A stretch of 64,000 nucleotides of DNA from Euryarchaeota archaeon UBA251. GTDB lineage: Archaea > Thermoplasmatota > Poseidoniia > Poseidoniales > Thalassarchaeaceae. Shown one piece after another: positions 30,868 through 41,580 of this stretch (position 1 is its first letter; each line of letters starts with the position of its first letter). A program made the position numbers and the translations under genes. Where the stretch lies: assembly GCA_002497905.1 (NCBI GenBank), contig DAFJ01000024.1, forward strand, positions 260 through 64,259, given 5' to 3'. The notes beneath the pieces were generated by a model. It was not told the DNA's origin. It searched no databases and saw only the letters and a program-made list of their open reading frames with translations.

Positions 30868-32106
30868 TCAGGCGGTGTCATTATCGCCGAAGGACACCCG
30901 TCCCCCGGAGGATCTGATACTCTTCCACTCCTCTGCAATCTCGTTCGCTCTGACACTCATTTCCCACTCGTCTCGCTTCAACGCCTTTCTGAAGGGCATT
31001 CTTCGTGCAGTTCGCCCATCGGTCAGTTGCACCTTTCTAAGTAGCAGTTGTTTTGTAATCGGCCAAAGCATACGGCGAAACAATCCTGGCTTGTATAGAC
31101 GTTCCATGAACAATAGACCATCTCCAGTTTTCTCTTGGTTCTTCATCCAATAAGTAGCGACTCGCTTGAATCCACGGTCGCCAATACGGTTCATCAGTAG
31201 GCGGTTAGTTGCACTAGTACGAATCGATGGGAGCAACGTGGAGCGGATACGTGCATCGTATTCTTGGCCGCCTCCATTGAGGATGGTTTGCGCTGCGTGA
31301 ACACCACTTGTAATCGCATAACGCATTCCAAAGCCCCACATAAAGTCCTGAAGCCCACCGGCTTCACCAACGTAGTACTTTCCATCATGGTAGTAGGAAT
31401 TAGGGAGGGAGAAGTCACCCATCCCTCCGACCCGTTTGATAGGTTCACGATCGAGGTCAGGATACATCCGTTCATACCAGGCAATAGTCTCGTTGAGATA
31501 TCGATTTGATTGTTTTTGTTTACGCCATAGACAGGTGCATATGAGGCCTATTCCTTGTATGACTATTAGGTAAGAATAGGCGCCTGGCGCTAACTTGTCA
31601 TTGAGTTGAAATGTCACATGATCAGGGTGAGATGTTCGAAAAACTTCGCCAAATGCGACTGCACTCGTCTTCTTCGGACCTGCGGCAATGATGGTGCAAG
31701 TTTCTGGGTCAACCTTTGAACCGTATCTAATTTCTGCACCTGCTTTGATTGCCATCCGCTTGAATCCCTGGTCGATACAGTGTTCATCTGTACCTCGTTC
31801 AACAATTCTGAACGCTAGTCGAGGGCTCTGAGGTATGGTGATTGTGTCATCTGGGTGTGCCAGATCCATCTGCTTGAAATCTGTTGAACGGAAGCCATCA
31901 GGATCTAGTCCCCATTCTCTCATTTCATCGAAGAAGTCACTGCTTTGTGTCCAATTTTCAAGGCCTTGAAAATCTCCATCAAAACGGGCTCCGGAATCTT
32001 TCCGAATATCGTGAACGGTGACATTCCGGCCCGCTTTAGCAAGAATAGTGGCCGCCGCGAGGCCGGAAAGACCAGCACCGAGAATGTGGATAACCTCGTC
32101 CGACAT
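30868..32106 (-). CDS. FAD-dependent oxidoreductase, geranylgeranyl-reductase-like
   Basis: ILGAGLSGLAAA, APGAYSY, VGEAGGLQDFMWGFGMRYAITSG; start moved to ATG 32106 (GGAG SD). Confidence 0.8.
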   Translation of the reverse strand: MSDEVIHILGAGLSGLAAATILAKAGRNVTVHDIRKDSGARFDGDFQGLENWTQSSDFFDEMREWGLDPDGFRSTDFKQMDLAHPDDTITIPQSPRLAFRIVERGTDEHCIDQGFKRMAIKAGAEIRYGSKVDPETCTIIAAGPKKTSAVAFGEVFRTSHPDHVTFQLNDKLAPGAYSYLIVIQGIGLICTCLWRKQKQSNRYLNETIAWYERMYPDLDREPIKRVGGMGDFSLPNSYYHDGKYYVGEAGGLQDFMWGFGMRYAITSGVHAAQTILNGGGQEYDARIRSTLLPSIRTSATNRLLMNRIGDRGFKRVATYWMKNQEKTGDGLLFMERLYKPGLFRRMLWPITKQLLLRKVQLTDGRTARRMPFRKALKRDEWEMSVRANEIAEEWKSIRSSGGRVSFGDNDTA

Positions 32107-32187
32107 GGCGTCTCCTCGGAATCGCCATGCATCAATGTGCCCAAGAATGCTCCGAAGCACCTTTGCGTTCGATGCCGTCCATGCATC

Positions 32188-32613
32188 ATGGCCGAGCGGG
32201 TGGTAATCCATGTTGAGACCGATCATCTTGATTCAGATGCTCTCAGATCTAAACTCGATTTGTCTGGTTGTGGTGGCGTAGTGTCCTTCCTAGGGATTAC
32301 ACGAGGAGTGGAAGACGGAATGGAGGTCCATGCGCTTGAATTCGATGCTTGGGAAGAGCGCCTTCCTACGGTTCTGAATGATCTTGTCCTAGAGTCAGTG
32401 AATCGTTTCGGTGTACTCGCGGTTGCTATAGCGCATCGCATCGGTCGTGTCGGAGTAGGTGAACCGATTGTGTCGATTCATGTCGGTTCTGCACATCGTA
32501 AGGAGGCCTTTGAGGCCTGTTCATGGCTTATCGATTCCCTCAAGAAACAGGCCCCTTTGTGGAAGAAGGAGATTCGAGAGGATGGGACACATTGGAAGGA
32601 GGGATTGGGATGA
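32188..32613 (+). CDS. moaE: Molybdopterin synthase catalytic subunit
   Basis: GGVVSFLGITR, HRIG, SAHRKEAFEAC...LKKQAPLWKKE. Confidence 0.92.
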   Translation: MAERVVIHVETDHLDSDALRSKLDLSGCGGVVSFLGITRGVEDGMEVHALEFDAWEERLPTVLNDLVLESVNRFGVLAVAIAHRIGRVGVGEPIVSIHVGSAHRKEAFEACSWLIDSLKKQAPLWKKEIREDGTHWKEGLG

Positions 32614-33071
32614 ATGAGAAGGGCATTGATGGCATAATTCCTGTAGGACACAAGCCCATTATCGAGCGTTATGCTCAGGCTGAGGGCCGGCTACGTCTTG
32701 GTTCGGAAAGTATCGCTGCTATCCATCAAGGACTTGTGTCGAAGGGAGATGTATTGGAAGCGAGTACCGTAGCTGCCATTCAAGCGGCTAAAGAGACCCC
32801 ACGTGCGATTCCCCATTGCCATCCCATTCCACTGGAGAGTTGCCGAGTTGAGTGGGATTGGGAAGAATCCGACCTGATATGTCGAGTTAGTGTGTCTGCC
32901 CATTGGAAGACCGGCGTAGAGATGGAGGCACTTTGTGCTGTGACTACCGGGTTACTCTGCGCACTCGATATGGTGAAGTCCTTCGAGAAGGATGATGATG
33001 GTCAGTATCCATCTACTCGAATCCATGGAGTTCGAGTTCTGGAGAAGCGTAAATCCGATGGTGAGGTTTAG
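32610..33071 (+). CDS. moaC: Cyclic pyranopterin monophosphate synthase
   Basis: KGDVL, IPHCHPIP, TGVEMEAL, DMVKS; ATGA overlap with moaE. Confidence 0.92.
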   Translation: MNEKGIDGIIPVGHKPIIERYAQAEGRLRLGSESIAAIHQGLVSKGDVLEASTVAAIQAAKETPRAIPHCHPIPLESCRVEWDWEESDLICRVSVSAHWKTGVEMEALCAVTTGLLCALDMVKSFEKDDDGQYPSTRIHGVRVLEKRKSDGEV

Positions 33072-33095
33072 ACACCTAATCCTCTACGAGCCACC

Positions 33096-34049
33096 ATGAA
33101 GCGCACCGCCGATCTGGCTGAGTCCTTCCTGAGAGCAACTGAAGCCGCTGCCATTGCTGCAGCTGATTGGCGTGGCCGAGGAGAGGGGAAAATAGCAGAT
33201 GGTGCCGCGGTAGAAGCTATGCGTGCGGTATTCGACACAGTTCCTTTCGACGGTCGTGTTGCAATTGGTGAAGGGGAGCGTGATGATGCACCCATGCTTT
33301 GGATTGGGGAACCACTCGGCAACCGACAGGGGGACTCTGATGCGCTGAGTATCGATATTGCAGTTGATCCTCTTGAGTGTACTAACCATTGTGCTAAGGA
33401 TTCACCTAACGCAATCGCAGTCCTTGCAGCCGCTCCTCGCGGAACTCTACTCCATGCACCTGACTGCTACATGGACAAGATTGCCGGTCCTGCTGAACTT
33501 GCGGGAAAGATTTCTCTTGAAGCTGATGTTGCTTACAACATTGAAGCGGCTTCGCAGGCGCTAGACAAGCCGGTTCGTGATCTTTTGACAGTAGTCATGG
33601 ATCGTCCTCGTCATGAGAATCTCATTCGTGAGCTTCGAGATTTGGATGTAAAGGTCCGTTTGATTGGCGATGGTGATGTGTCTGCGGCTCTCGATGCTGC
33701 GAATCCAGATTCCGAGGTTGACATGCTGATTGGTATTGGTGCCGCCCCGGAAGGCGTCATTACCGCTACAGCATTACGTGGTTTAGGGGCTCATTTTGAG
33801 GGGCAACTTGTGTTCAAGAATGATGGTCATCGAGAACGTGCGGAGGATATGATAGATGGTGATATCGAGCGTATATGGCAGCGGGATGATCTTTGCACAT
33901 CTGATGATGCAATCTTCGTTGCGAGTGGTGTATGCAGCGGTTATCTTCCTGGTGTAGAGTTTCTACCCGGGCGCACTGCCGTTCATAGCGAGATTATCGA
34001 TGTCATGCAAGGAACTCGCCGATTCGTGAGCAATGACTACCCTCGTTGA
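33096..34049 (+). CDS. glpX: Class II fructose-1,6-bisphosphatase
   Basis: ATEAAA, IGEGERDDAPML, DIAVDPLECT, DRPRH, DGDV, GAAPEGV. Confidence 0.93.
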   Translation: MKRTADLAESFLRATEAAAIAAADWRGRGEGKIADGAAVEAMRAVFDTVPFDGRVAIGEGERDDAPMLWIGEPLGNRQGDSDALSIDIAVDPLECTNHCAKDSPNAIAVLAAAPRGTLLHAPDCYMDKIAGPAELAGKISLEADVAYNIEAASQALDKPVRDLLTVVMDRPRHENLIRELRDLDVKVRLIGDGDVSAALDAANPDSEVDMLIGIGAAPEGVITATALRGLGAHFEGQLVFKNDGHRERAEDMIDGDIERIWQRDDLCTSDDAIFVASGVCSGYLPGVEFLPGRTAVHSEIIDVMQGTRRFVSNDYPR

Positions 34050-34097
34050 GAATACTCTGTGCGAACTCTTCAAGGACTGTTAGAGGGTGCTTTGGCC

Positions 34098-35111
34098 ATG
34101 GACACAGCGCTCCTTGAATCAACAGCGAATTTCCTCGTGGGACCCGGACGAGGCATCCTCGCGGCAGATGAATCCAATGGCACCATGACGAAGAGACTCG
34201 AAGCAGTTGGGGTAGAATCTTCATCGGAAACACGGCGAGAGTACCGTGCTAATTTGTTCGCTATGCCAACGATGGCGAAAGCAATCAGTGGTGTGATTCT
34301 CTACGATGAAACCATCCGCCAGAATGCAGTTGACGGCACCTCAATCCCTGATTATCTACATGCTCGCGACATCATGCCTGGCATCAAAGTGGATACTGGA
34401 GCCAAACCACTCGCTTGTAATGATGGTGAGACTGTTACAGAGGGTCTCGATGGTTTACGGGATCGCTGTATGGAGTATTTCCAGATGGGTGCCCGATTCG
34501 CTAAGTGGAGAGCTGTAATCCGCATTGATGATGGCATGCCTTCAGATGCTTGTATATCCACTAACGCTCATGCTCTCGCACGTTATGCTGCCATCTGTCA
34601 AGAACAAGGGCTCGTCCCAATTATCGAACCCGAGGTCTTGATGGAGGGAAATCATGATGCTCAACGATGCTTCGATATCACCGCGACTGTCCTTGATGCT
34701 ACATGGGAAGCTTGCGCGGTTCAGGGTGTTCATCTTCCTGGTGCACTTCTGAAGCCTAACATGATTCTTCCAGGTAAGGCACATGCTGTCCGTAGCGATG
34801 TGGATACATGTGCTAGGATGACCATTGATCTTCTTCACAACCATGTCCCTCACGAAATCCCTGGTGTTGTTTTCTTGTCTGGCGGACAAACCGAGGTCGA
34901 AGCTACGGCGCATCTCAACGCGATGAACAACATGGGGCCTCATCCGTTCCAATTGTCTTACTCTTATGGTCGGGCACTCCAATCATCCACCCTCAAAACA
35001 TGGGCGAAGAATCGCGACAATGTAGGCGAAGCTCACGAAGTATTTGCTCATCGATGCGAGATGGCACATCTTGCCCGTTCAGGCTCCTGGTCCACAGATC
35101 TAGAGGTATGA
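34098..35111 (+). CDS. Class I fructose-bisphosphate aldolase (eukaryote/bacterial glycolytic family)
   Basis: GILAADES, GIKVDTG, FAKWRAV, VPIIEPEV, LLKPNM, FLSGGQ, SYGRALQ. Confidence 0.93.
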   Translation: MDTALLESTANFLVGPGRGILAADESNGTMTKRLEAVGVESSSETRREYRANLFAMPTMAKAISGVILYDETIRQNAVDGTSIPDYLHARDIMPGIKVDTGAKPLACNDGETVTEGLDGLRDRCMEYFQMGARFAKWRAVIRIDDGMPSDACISTNAHALARYAAICQEQGLVPIIEPEVLMEGNHDAQRCFDITATVLDATWEACAVQGVHLPGALLKPNMILPGKAHAVRSDVDTCARMTIDLLHNHVPHEIPGVVFLSGGQTEVEATAHLNAMNNMGPHPFQLSYSYGRALQSSTLKTWAKNRDNVGEAHEVFAHRCEMAHLARSGSWSTDLEV

Positions 35112-35117
35112 GCATTC

Positions 35118-35897
35118 ATGCGCATCGTCTCTTGGAATCTTAATGGAATCCGTGCAGCAATCCGGAAGGGATTGGATCTTTTCATTCATGAATTAGATGC
35201 GGACATTTGGCTCTTCCAAGAGGTTCGTGCTCTTCCCGAGCAACTTCCCAAGGATTGGACTCCTCCCTCTGATATGCAGGTAGAATGGCATCCTGCGGAG
35301 AAAAAAGGGTACTCTGGTGTGGCGACTTGGGGTCGCGGAGTATTCACAACTATTGGAAAAGGCATGGGACGTGGAGATGATCCAGGAGATTTGGAAGGTC
35401 GTATACTTGTTACGCAGCATAATGGGATTAGATGCATAAACACGTATCTACCAAGTGGTTCATCAAAAATCGAACGACAGTTATACAAGGAGAAATGGAT
35501 GAATGATTGGGCTGAATGGTTAGAATCTGAACTTGTCAGCGAGGAGCCTGTAATCGTCGCGGGCGACTTGAATATCGCTCATGAGGAAATCGATATTTGG
35601 AACGCTCGCGGAAATATGATGTCATCAGGCTTCCTTCCTCAGGAACGGGAATGGTTCAGTAGTCTTCTTGGAAATGGTTGGCATGATCTCTGTCGTGAAC
35701 ATTGGGGCCCAGTTCAGGGCCCCTATTCTTGGTGGTCAAACAGGGGGCGAGCACGGGAGGACAACAAGGGTTGGCGCATCGACTACATACTAGGAAACGA
35801 TGCTGCGAAGGAACGATTCAAGGATGCACGCATTGTGAGAGCAGGTGGCCTCCAGGTATCTGACCATGCGCCAGTAGTTGTTGACTTTGACATCTAA
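35118..35897 (+). CDS. xth: Exodeoxyribonuclease III / AP endonuclease
   Basis: SWNLNGIRA, QE, GYSGV, GDLNIAH, GWRIDY, SDHAP. Confidence 0.94.
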   Translation: MRIVSWNLNGIRAAIRKGLDLFIHELDADIWLFQEVRALPEQLPKDWTPPSDMQVEWHPAEKKGYSGVATWGRGVFTTIGKGMGRGDDPGDLEGRILVTQHNGIRCINTYLPSGSSKIERQLYKEKWMNDWAEWLESELVSEEPVIVAGDLNIAHEEIDIWNARGNMMSSGFLPQEREWFSSLLGNGWHDLCREHWGPVQGPYSWWSNRGRAREDNKGWRIDYILGNDAAKERFKDARIVRAGGLQVSDHAPVVVDFDI

Positions 35898-37646
35898 TCA
35901 GACTCGTCGTCGTAACCTTTCCATCCGTCCATCTGCGTCACCTAGTGCGTCGAGACATCTAGGGACATCGGCTACTTCGTAGGCCTCCTTCACACTGGCG
36001 ACTGCGGCTTCGCATTCCAATCGTTCTAAATCATCAGGGCCAATTCCGGTCTTCTGTAGACGATTCCTGAGGTCTTTCCATTCACCGAGTAGGAATTCAA
36101 GGAGTTCTGTAGCATCTTCTATCGCAGCAGTACGAGCATCGAGTTCCTTTGTTAATTCATCCATAGACTCTGCAGCAGCCCTCCAAGACCCTTTCTTAGT
36201 AGCATCAAGGATTTGCCCTAATTTTGCTTCCCAATTTTCTTCATCAGACCAACCGACCCATCGCTTGCGTAGGGTTTTGCGTTGTCGCAGTGATCGTTGA
36301 ACACTCGCCTTAGCTTCCTCAGTAGCCTCAATCTCCCTTCGGATGGAATCTGCCAGTCCTCGTGCAAGAGAACCATCTCCTGCGTCTAGTGCTTCTTCTG
36401 CACGATTGAGCATTTCCTCCCAGAGCGTGATATCGAGCCCATCAGTCCGTGCGAGCAGGTCTTTTGCGTCTTGCACAGCTTCAGAGGCTGCTTCCATGGC
36501 TTCACCGAGATTGCTGACGTGTGTAGGGATAGCCAGAGCGATAGTCAATGCATCTCCAGGTTCTTCCGCATCCATTGCATCCTGTGCCGCTTGTAGGAGC
36601 GCATTCATCCGTTCTAAATCGGTTCCAGTCACCCCTTCCATGGATTTTTTTGCTTCATGAATTGCTTTTTCTGCATTCGCCCAGTTTGCGATGATGTCTT
36701 GCGCTCGAGTTTTTGCACGCCGATACAACATCTCCCCGTCTCGTAGACTACCAAGTTCGACCTCTCTTCGCCCTTGTTCCAGGGCCTTCATAGGCCGTTC
36801 AGCGAGAGGTGCGATTTCTTCAGATTCTTTGACGAATGTTGCGGCGTCCTCCTCAATTACCGTTATGTCTTCGGAGAAACTCAGGATGCGTTCCAGGTCA
36901 TCTTCCGCTTGTCGGAGAAGATGCATCCCCTCGTCGTGATCCGTCCAACCAACTTCGTTTGCCTTGGAGAGAAGAGATATTGCCTGATCGATGATGGTAC
37001 CGGAGGCTCGTACTTCGAGGAGACGAAGTTCAAGGGTCTCGTATCTATCTTTGAAAGCGCGTCTTTGTGTACGATCATCCTTGCCAAGTCGGAGATCGAA
37101 GCCGAATACAAAACCGGCGAACAACAGAGCAACTAGATACATCGCGATTTCTCTCTCAGGAATTTCAGCGATACACCATGCGGCTGCGATACCTATTCCA
37201 AGTAATCGTGTCATAGCTCGATATCGGATAACTTCGGATCGTGCCTCTTGTCCGAAAATTATCGTGTTTGAAACCATCAGGACTGCCCCGGAAAACATCC
37301 ATCCAATTCCAGCGAATTGACCGTCTTGGTGTTGGGATTCGATTGCATAAAACAATCCTGCCACTATGAGGGCAGGGCCAAGCATACCGCTTATAGTGCC
37401 AATTCGGGATCTCTGGTTAGGTCCGAAATCAACTAAATCTGCAACGAGGAGAGAACATCCGAGAAGGGCGAATAAGGGTATGAAACCATTGGACTCAGTA
37501 TCCCCTGATAGTGTTGGAAAGGCTAGGTATGCACCGAGAGAAACTAATGCAAGTGTGGTAATCAATCCGATACCATCTACGGGGCGTCGCCAAGCAGAGA
37601 GAGCTTGCTGAATACGCAATTCCTTGGAGTCCACCTCTCCCTCCAT
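35898..37646 (-). CDS. Membrane protein with long cytoplasmic helical/coiled-coil repeats
   Basis: About 6 N-terminal TM followed by about 390 aa of A/E/L-rich helices. Confidence 0.7.
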   Translation of the reverse strand: MEGEVDSKELRIQQALSAWRRPVDGIGLITTLALVSLGAYLAFPTLSGDTESNGFIPLFALLGCSLLVADLVDFGPNQRSRIGTISGMLGPALIVAGLFYAIESQHQDGQFAGIGWMFSGAVLMVSNTIIFGQEARSEVIRYRAMTRLLGIGIAAAWCIAEIPEREIAMYLVALLFAGFVFGFDLRLGKDDRTQRRAFKDRYETLELRLLEVRASGTIIDQAISLLSKANEVGWTDHDEGMHLLRQAEDDLERILSFSEDITVIEEDAATFVKESEEIAPLAERPMKALEQGRREVELGSLRDGEMLYRRAKTRAQDIIANWANAEKAIHEAKKSMEGVTGTDLERMNALLQAAQDAMDAEEPGDALTIALAIPTHVSNLGEAMEAASEAVQDAKDLLARTDGLDITLWEEMLNRAEEALDAGDGSLARGLADSIRREIEATEEAKASVQRSLRQRKTLRKRWVGWSDEENWEAKLGQILDATKKGSWRAAAESMDELTKELDARTAAIEDATELLEFLLGEWKDLRNRLQKTGIGPDDLERLECEAAVASVKEAYEVADVPRCLDALGDADGRMERLRRRV

Positions 37647-37685
37647 GAATTCAGGGACGCGTTATCCTCCATGAATCGACCGGAT

Positions 37686-40481
37686 TCATGGGCGCCCAAA
37701 ACGCCGATCAAAGAGGACACCTGCGGTGTACGCGATTAGCACAATCCAGATGATCATCTTAGCTGTCTCTCGCCAAGCTGGCTCCACTATGGGGCCTGCA
37801 CTGGCTATACTATTGATTTCACCATCTTTGATCCATTCAACAACAATGCTCTGTGTTCCACTAGGGAGATCCTCGAATTCAAGGCTAAGTGTAAGGATAC
37901 CTTCTGAATCGATTGTTGCAGCTGGGAGGGTGCCATTATCACATGAATTCGCCATGCAGACGCTTACATCATGAGAATCTGCACCCATGTTCGCAACAAC
38001 AATCCGGACAGTCGCGGGTTGTCCACTCACACCTCCATCGACAATCATTACATCCTCAATTCTTGGTAGGAACGTTCCGGATGGATGGATTTCCACGATG
38101 GAAGAATGACTTCCGATGTTGCCTGCCCGGTCCGTACCAGTTACGACAAGGGTATGTCTTCCGCGATTGAGCCCATTTATTGGGAATCTATCTGCATCCT
38201 CCCATGACGCATTTTCAAAGAGAAGTATACCATTGATTGAAGCAGTCCAAAGCACGGCATCAATAGGGTCAAGATCATCGAATGATTCAGACATATCAAT
38301 CTCGATTATCGACTCCATTTTGGCAGTGTTTGTTGAGCCTATTGGTAATCCATTAACGAGAATCGAAGGTCTCGGAACCGGGCCAAAGAGATCGAGGGAG
38401 GTTACAGACCATTCTTTCTCTATGGTGTTCCCCACGGAGTCTGAAACCTCCAGCTTCAGCCACCGAACAGCGGGTTCCCGTTCTTTATGACGTTCCTCAA
38501 TCGTCATGTGCATGCCGTTGATATGATCGCCCTGTGGCCACATCTCAGCGAAGTAGAGGCGATTGTCAGCCATCCGGTTCCATCCATCGCTTCGGTTTGA
38601 GGTCAGGATGATTTGGGTTGATTCCCCATTTGTATCGTTCGCGTGTATATCAACGATGATGGTGCTAGTAGCATTAATCGATACTGCATCCATAAATTCG
38701 ATTTCGTGCAGAATTTGTGCCCAGTAGGATGGATGATCTTCGAGCATTACAATCTCCCAGTTAGGTGGAGTGGAATCGAGGACTAGGTCATGAGTAATAT
38801 CGGTTCGATTACCATGGGAATCGATACAGGTGGCTTGAATTAGCACGTCTTCTCCTTCCGATTGCTCTGCAGAATCAAAGGTAATGGAGAAGTTTGCTCC
38901 ATTATGAGCGCCAGTAAAATCGTCTCCAATAATCTGCCATTGCATCTGGACATCGCCTGGACTTGAATCGGTACAAGTCATAGTCTGCTCGATGGGCCCT
39001 CCAAGGCGGGCATAGTTGTTCGATAACCCGATACCATTGATTGAAACCTCTGGTGCCTCATTCTTTGCGATAACAATGAGAATCTCTCCAGTTACATCCA
39101 TCGAGGAGCGTTGGACAGTCACCTGATTCCCATTTGCCAAAATATGATTCGATTGTGGACTTTGTCGCATTTCCCATTCATCGGGTAGAGTTATGCTTAG
39201 GTCGATACCATCGCGAGCATCGCCTCGGAACGGTACAACTAATCTTCTACTCATATCAGTGTCGCTTTCTCTCCCAATCTGTCCGGATTCTGACCACCCC
39301 CAACTAACTCCATCGTCGAGAACCCCTGGTGAAGAGGGCTCAATCCAAGCATCCGTGGGAGATATTGGAGGATATGCAAACATCGCTCTATCATCGAGTA
39401 TACAACAGCCCACATGACTCCCATTCCACCATTTCAAATCATGTAGCATGTTACTGAAGGAAGAGAACTCAGCCCCTTGGACAATACCGTCCCAATTACC
39501 ATGGAATCGATCAATTTGGATTCCAATTCCTGAGGTGATGGCAGGGAGAGATCCATGGCCGATGAGGGAATCAAATCGATGATTTGCTGAGAAGTATGCC
39601 TCGATAGCTGTATTTGGATTAAGTGGGGAATTAGCGAAGATGAGTGATGCAGATCCTGACGGTAGGTTACGTGTGTCTATGGGGGAATTTAGCCATGCTT
39701 CAATGTCCTCAAAGAGTGCATCATCGATGATATGGGCATGAGCTTCGATTTCTCCATTATCGAGTCGCCAGAGGTGCCATTCACCACCACTTATTCTCGG
39801 CATGAGGTAGTCTATGGCTCCATTCACCTCGATAATCTCAGACCAACCACTGGGAGAATGCCGAATCAGCATGGAACCGTTCCAATACGAATTACTAGCC
39901 ATTAAGCGGAGATTGCCGATTGACATCACGTCAATCTCGTTTTCACCGTTCCATTCAGTTAGCTGAATCTGTTCTCCATCACGTATTTCGATCCAACCTT
40001 TCGAAGCATTTGGTAGATGAATTGAATCGTCATCAATCGGATTTACTTGCCATCCAATGGTCCGATTTGTGAGGGTACGAATCACTGTTGTCTGCCCAAC
40101 TCCAGTCAAGTTAATCTGATCTTCAGTGAGAATTTTGACGTCTACGATGGTGGTATTTGTTCCGTTGGGGTGGATGACATCGGACCGCTCAATGTGTAAA
40201 TCACTAGTGAATATCTCAGGGCGAAAGGATTCTGATGAAGTCCACCCAATAGAATATGTTGTACCCTGTACATCGGTTGCTGCAGAGAGAACTCTTCCAG
40301 ACCATGGGTCGATGAGTTCAATCGTTATATCTGCTACAGGGTAAGGATTTCCTGATGAATCAATGAATCTAAACTCAATCCCTGAAGGTTCAGGCACCTC
40401 TGCTCCATGAAGAGGAGTGCTTGAGAGAACCAATACGAAGAGGACAAGGAGTGTGTGTAGGCGAAAGGGATTCACCCCCAT
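37686..40481 (-). CDS. Large secreted acidic protein with Ig-like repeats and C-terminal TM anchor
   Basis: Signal peptide, NEAP, DSHGN, DSVGN, DRAGN strands, C-terminal TM followed by RR. Confidence 0.75.
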   Translation of the reverse strand: MGVNPFRLHTLLVLFVLVLSSTPLHGAEVPEPSGIEFRFIDSSGNPYPVADITIELIDPWSGRVLSAATDVQGTTYSIGWTSSESFRPEIFTSDLHIERSDVIHPNGTNTTIVDVKILTEDQINLTGVGQTTVIRTLTNRTIGWQVNPIDDDSIHLPNASKGWIEIRDGEQIQLTEWNGENEIDVMSIGNLRLMASNSYWNGSMLIRHSPSGWSEIIEVNGAIDYLMPRISGGEWHLWRLDNGEIEAHAHIIDDALFEDIEAWLNSPIDTRNLPSGSASLIFANSPLNPNTAIEAYFSANHRFDSLIGHGSLPAITSGIGIQIDRFHGNWDGIVQGAEFSSFSNMLHDLKWWNGSHVGCCILDDRAMFAYPPISPTDAWIEPSSPGVLDDGVSWGWSESGQIGRESDTDMSRRLVVPFRGDARDGIDLSITLPDEWEMRQSPQSNHILANGNQVTVQRSSMDVTGEILIVIAKNEAPEVSINGIGLSNNYARLGGPIEQTMTCTDSSPGDVQMQWQIIGDDFTGAHNGANFSITFDSAEQSEGEDVLIQATCIDSHGNRTDITHDLVLDSTPPNWEIVMLEDHPSYWAQILHEIEFMDAVSINATSTIIVDIHANDTNGESTQIILTSNRSDGWNRMADNRLYFAEMWPQGDHINGMHMTIEERHKEREPAVRWLKLEVSDSVGNTIEKEWSVTSLDLFGPVPRPSILVNGLPIGSTNTAKMESIIEIDMSESFDDLDPIDAVLWTASINGILLFENASWEDADRFPINGLNRGRHTLVVTGTDRAGNIGSHSSIVEIHPSGTFLPRIEDVMIVDGGVSGQPATVRIVVANMGADSHDVSVCMANSCDNGTLPAATIDSEGILTLSLEFEDLPSGTQSIVVEWIKDGEINSIASAGPIVEPAWRETAKMIIWIVLIAYTAGVLFDRRFGRP

Positions 40482-41467
40482 CTCTTCCCATCGTCATGGA
40501 TGATGACGCTGCCGCGCTTATCAAGAATCAAGGGGAGGATGCGATGATTCGCATCGAGTTCTTGTCGCAGTGCTTCACGAACTCTTGATTCTCCATGAGC
40601 GAGGAAGAATCCACCTCCTCCTGCCCCCAGCAGTTTCGCTCCAGAGGCCCCACAACTTAGGATACGGTCATGGAGGGCGTCTAGGTTGTCTCCTGTAATA
40701 CCCTCGACTAACGTCCGTTTAATCTGCCATGATGCTTCAAGTAATCCTCCTACAGTTCCTAAATCACCTCGCTCGATGGCTCCTCTGACCTCGAATGCTT
40801 GTTCTCGGAGGCGTTCAAGTTCCGCCATACGATTACCAGTATTTTCTTTCTGTGCAGAAAGTACTGAGGATGCACTTCGAGTCATGCCTGTGAAGATAAG
40901 GGTAAATTCGGATTCAATTCGGTTAACAATCGATTCAGACAACTCCAATGGATCAATACTAACGCTTCCATCAGGGAGGAAGCCAATTGTGTTGGCTCCA
41001 CCCACGGCAGCGGCGAACTGATCCTGCTTGCCTATGGGCTGTCCAAGCACATCGATTTCGATTCGACAGGCCTCTTCGGCCAATTCTACAGGATTCATTG
41101 GACGACCTACTAGGGTAGAGAGGGCATTGAGAAGTCCTACAGTGACAGCAGAGGAGGACCCAAGTCCTGTCCCGCGGGAGGGGATGTCTGCGATGGTAGT
41201 AATCTCCACTCCATGAGTTACTCCTGTCGATTTCATCGCTTCACGTACGAGATCATGCTGGACCTTATCTAACGAATCTACAAGTTCCATGTTTGAGTAT
41301 GAAACACGGATTTGGTCGTCGAATCTTGGATTAACGGTCACGTATAGGTAGCGCGCCATTGCCATGGAGGTGACTGCTCCCCCGTGGGGGCTTTGTTCGT
41401 AGAATGCGGCGAGATCTGTACCCCCCCCGCAGAACGACGCTCTCACCGGGGTTCGGCTGATGAGCAT
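40472..41467 (-). CDS. GHMP-family sugar kinase (HddA-like)
   Basis: TPVRASFCGGGTD, GTGLGSSS, IGKQDQ, GAKLLGAGGGG. Confidence 0.88.
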   Translation of the reverse strand: MLISRTPVRASFCGGGTDLAAFYEQSPHGGAVTSMAMARYLYVTVNPRFDDQIRVSYSNMELVDSLDKVQHDLVREAMKSTGVTHGVEITTIADIPSRGTGLGSSSAVTVGLLNALSTLVGRPMNPVELAEEACRIEIDVLGQPIGKQDQFAAAVGGANTIGFLPDGSVSIDPLELSESIVNRIESEFTLIFTGMTRSASSVLSAQKENTGNRMAELERLREQAFEVRGAIERGDLGTVGGLLEASWQIKRTLVEGITGDNLDALHDRILSCGASGAKLLGAGGGGFFLAHGESRVREALRQELDANHRILPLILDKRGSVIIHDDGKRWG

Positions 41468-41580
41468 GGTTCTCCGACAGAACCCCTTCACATGAAGTCC
41501 ACGGAAGCGCCCCTATCTGGGGGTTCAGAACACGGGAAGGAATATGGTCGGTTTCATCCCGGTTAGGGAAGGGGAGAGCC

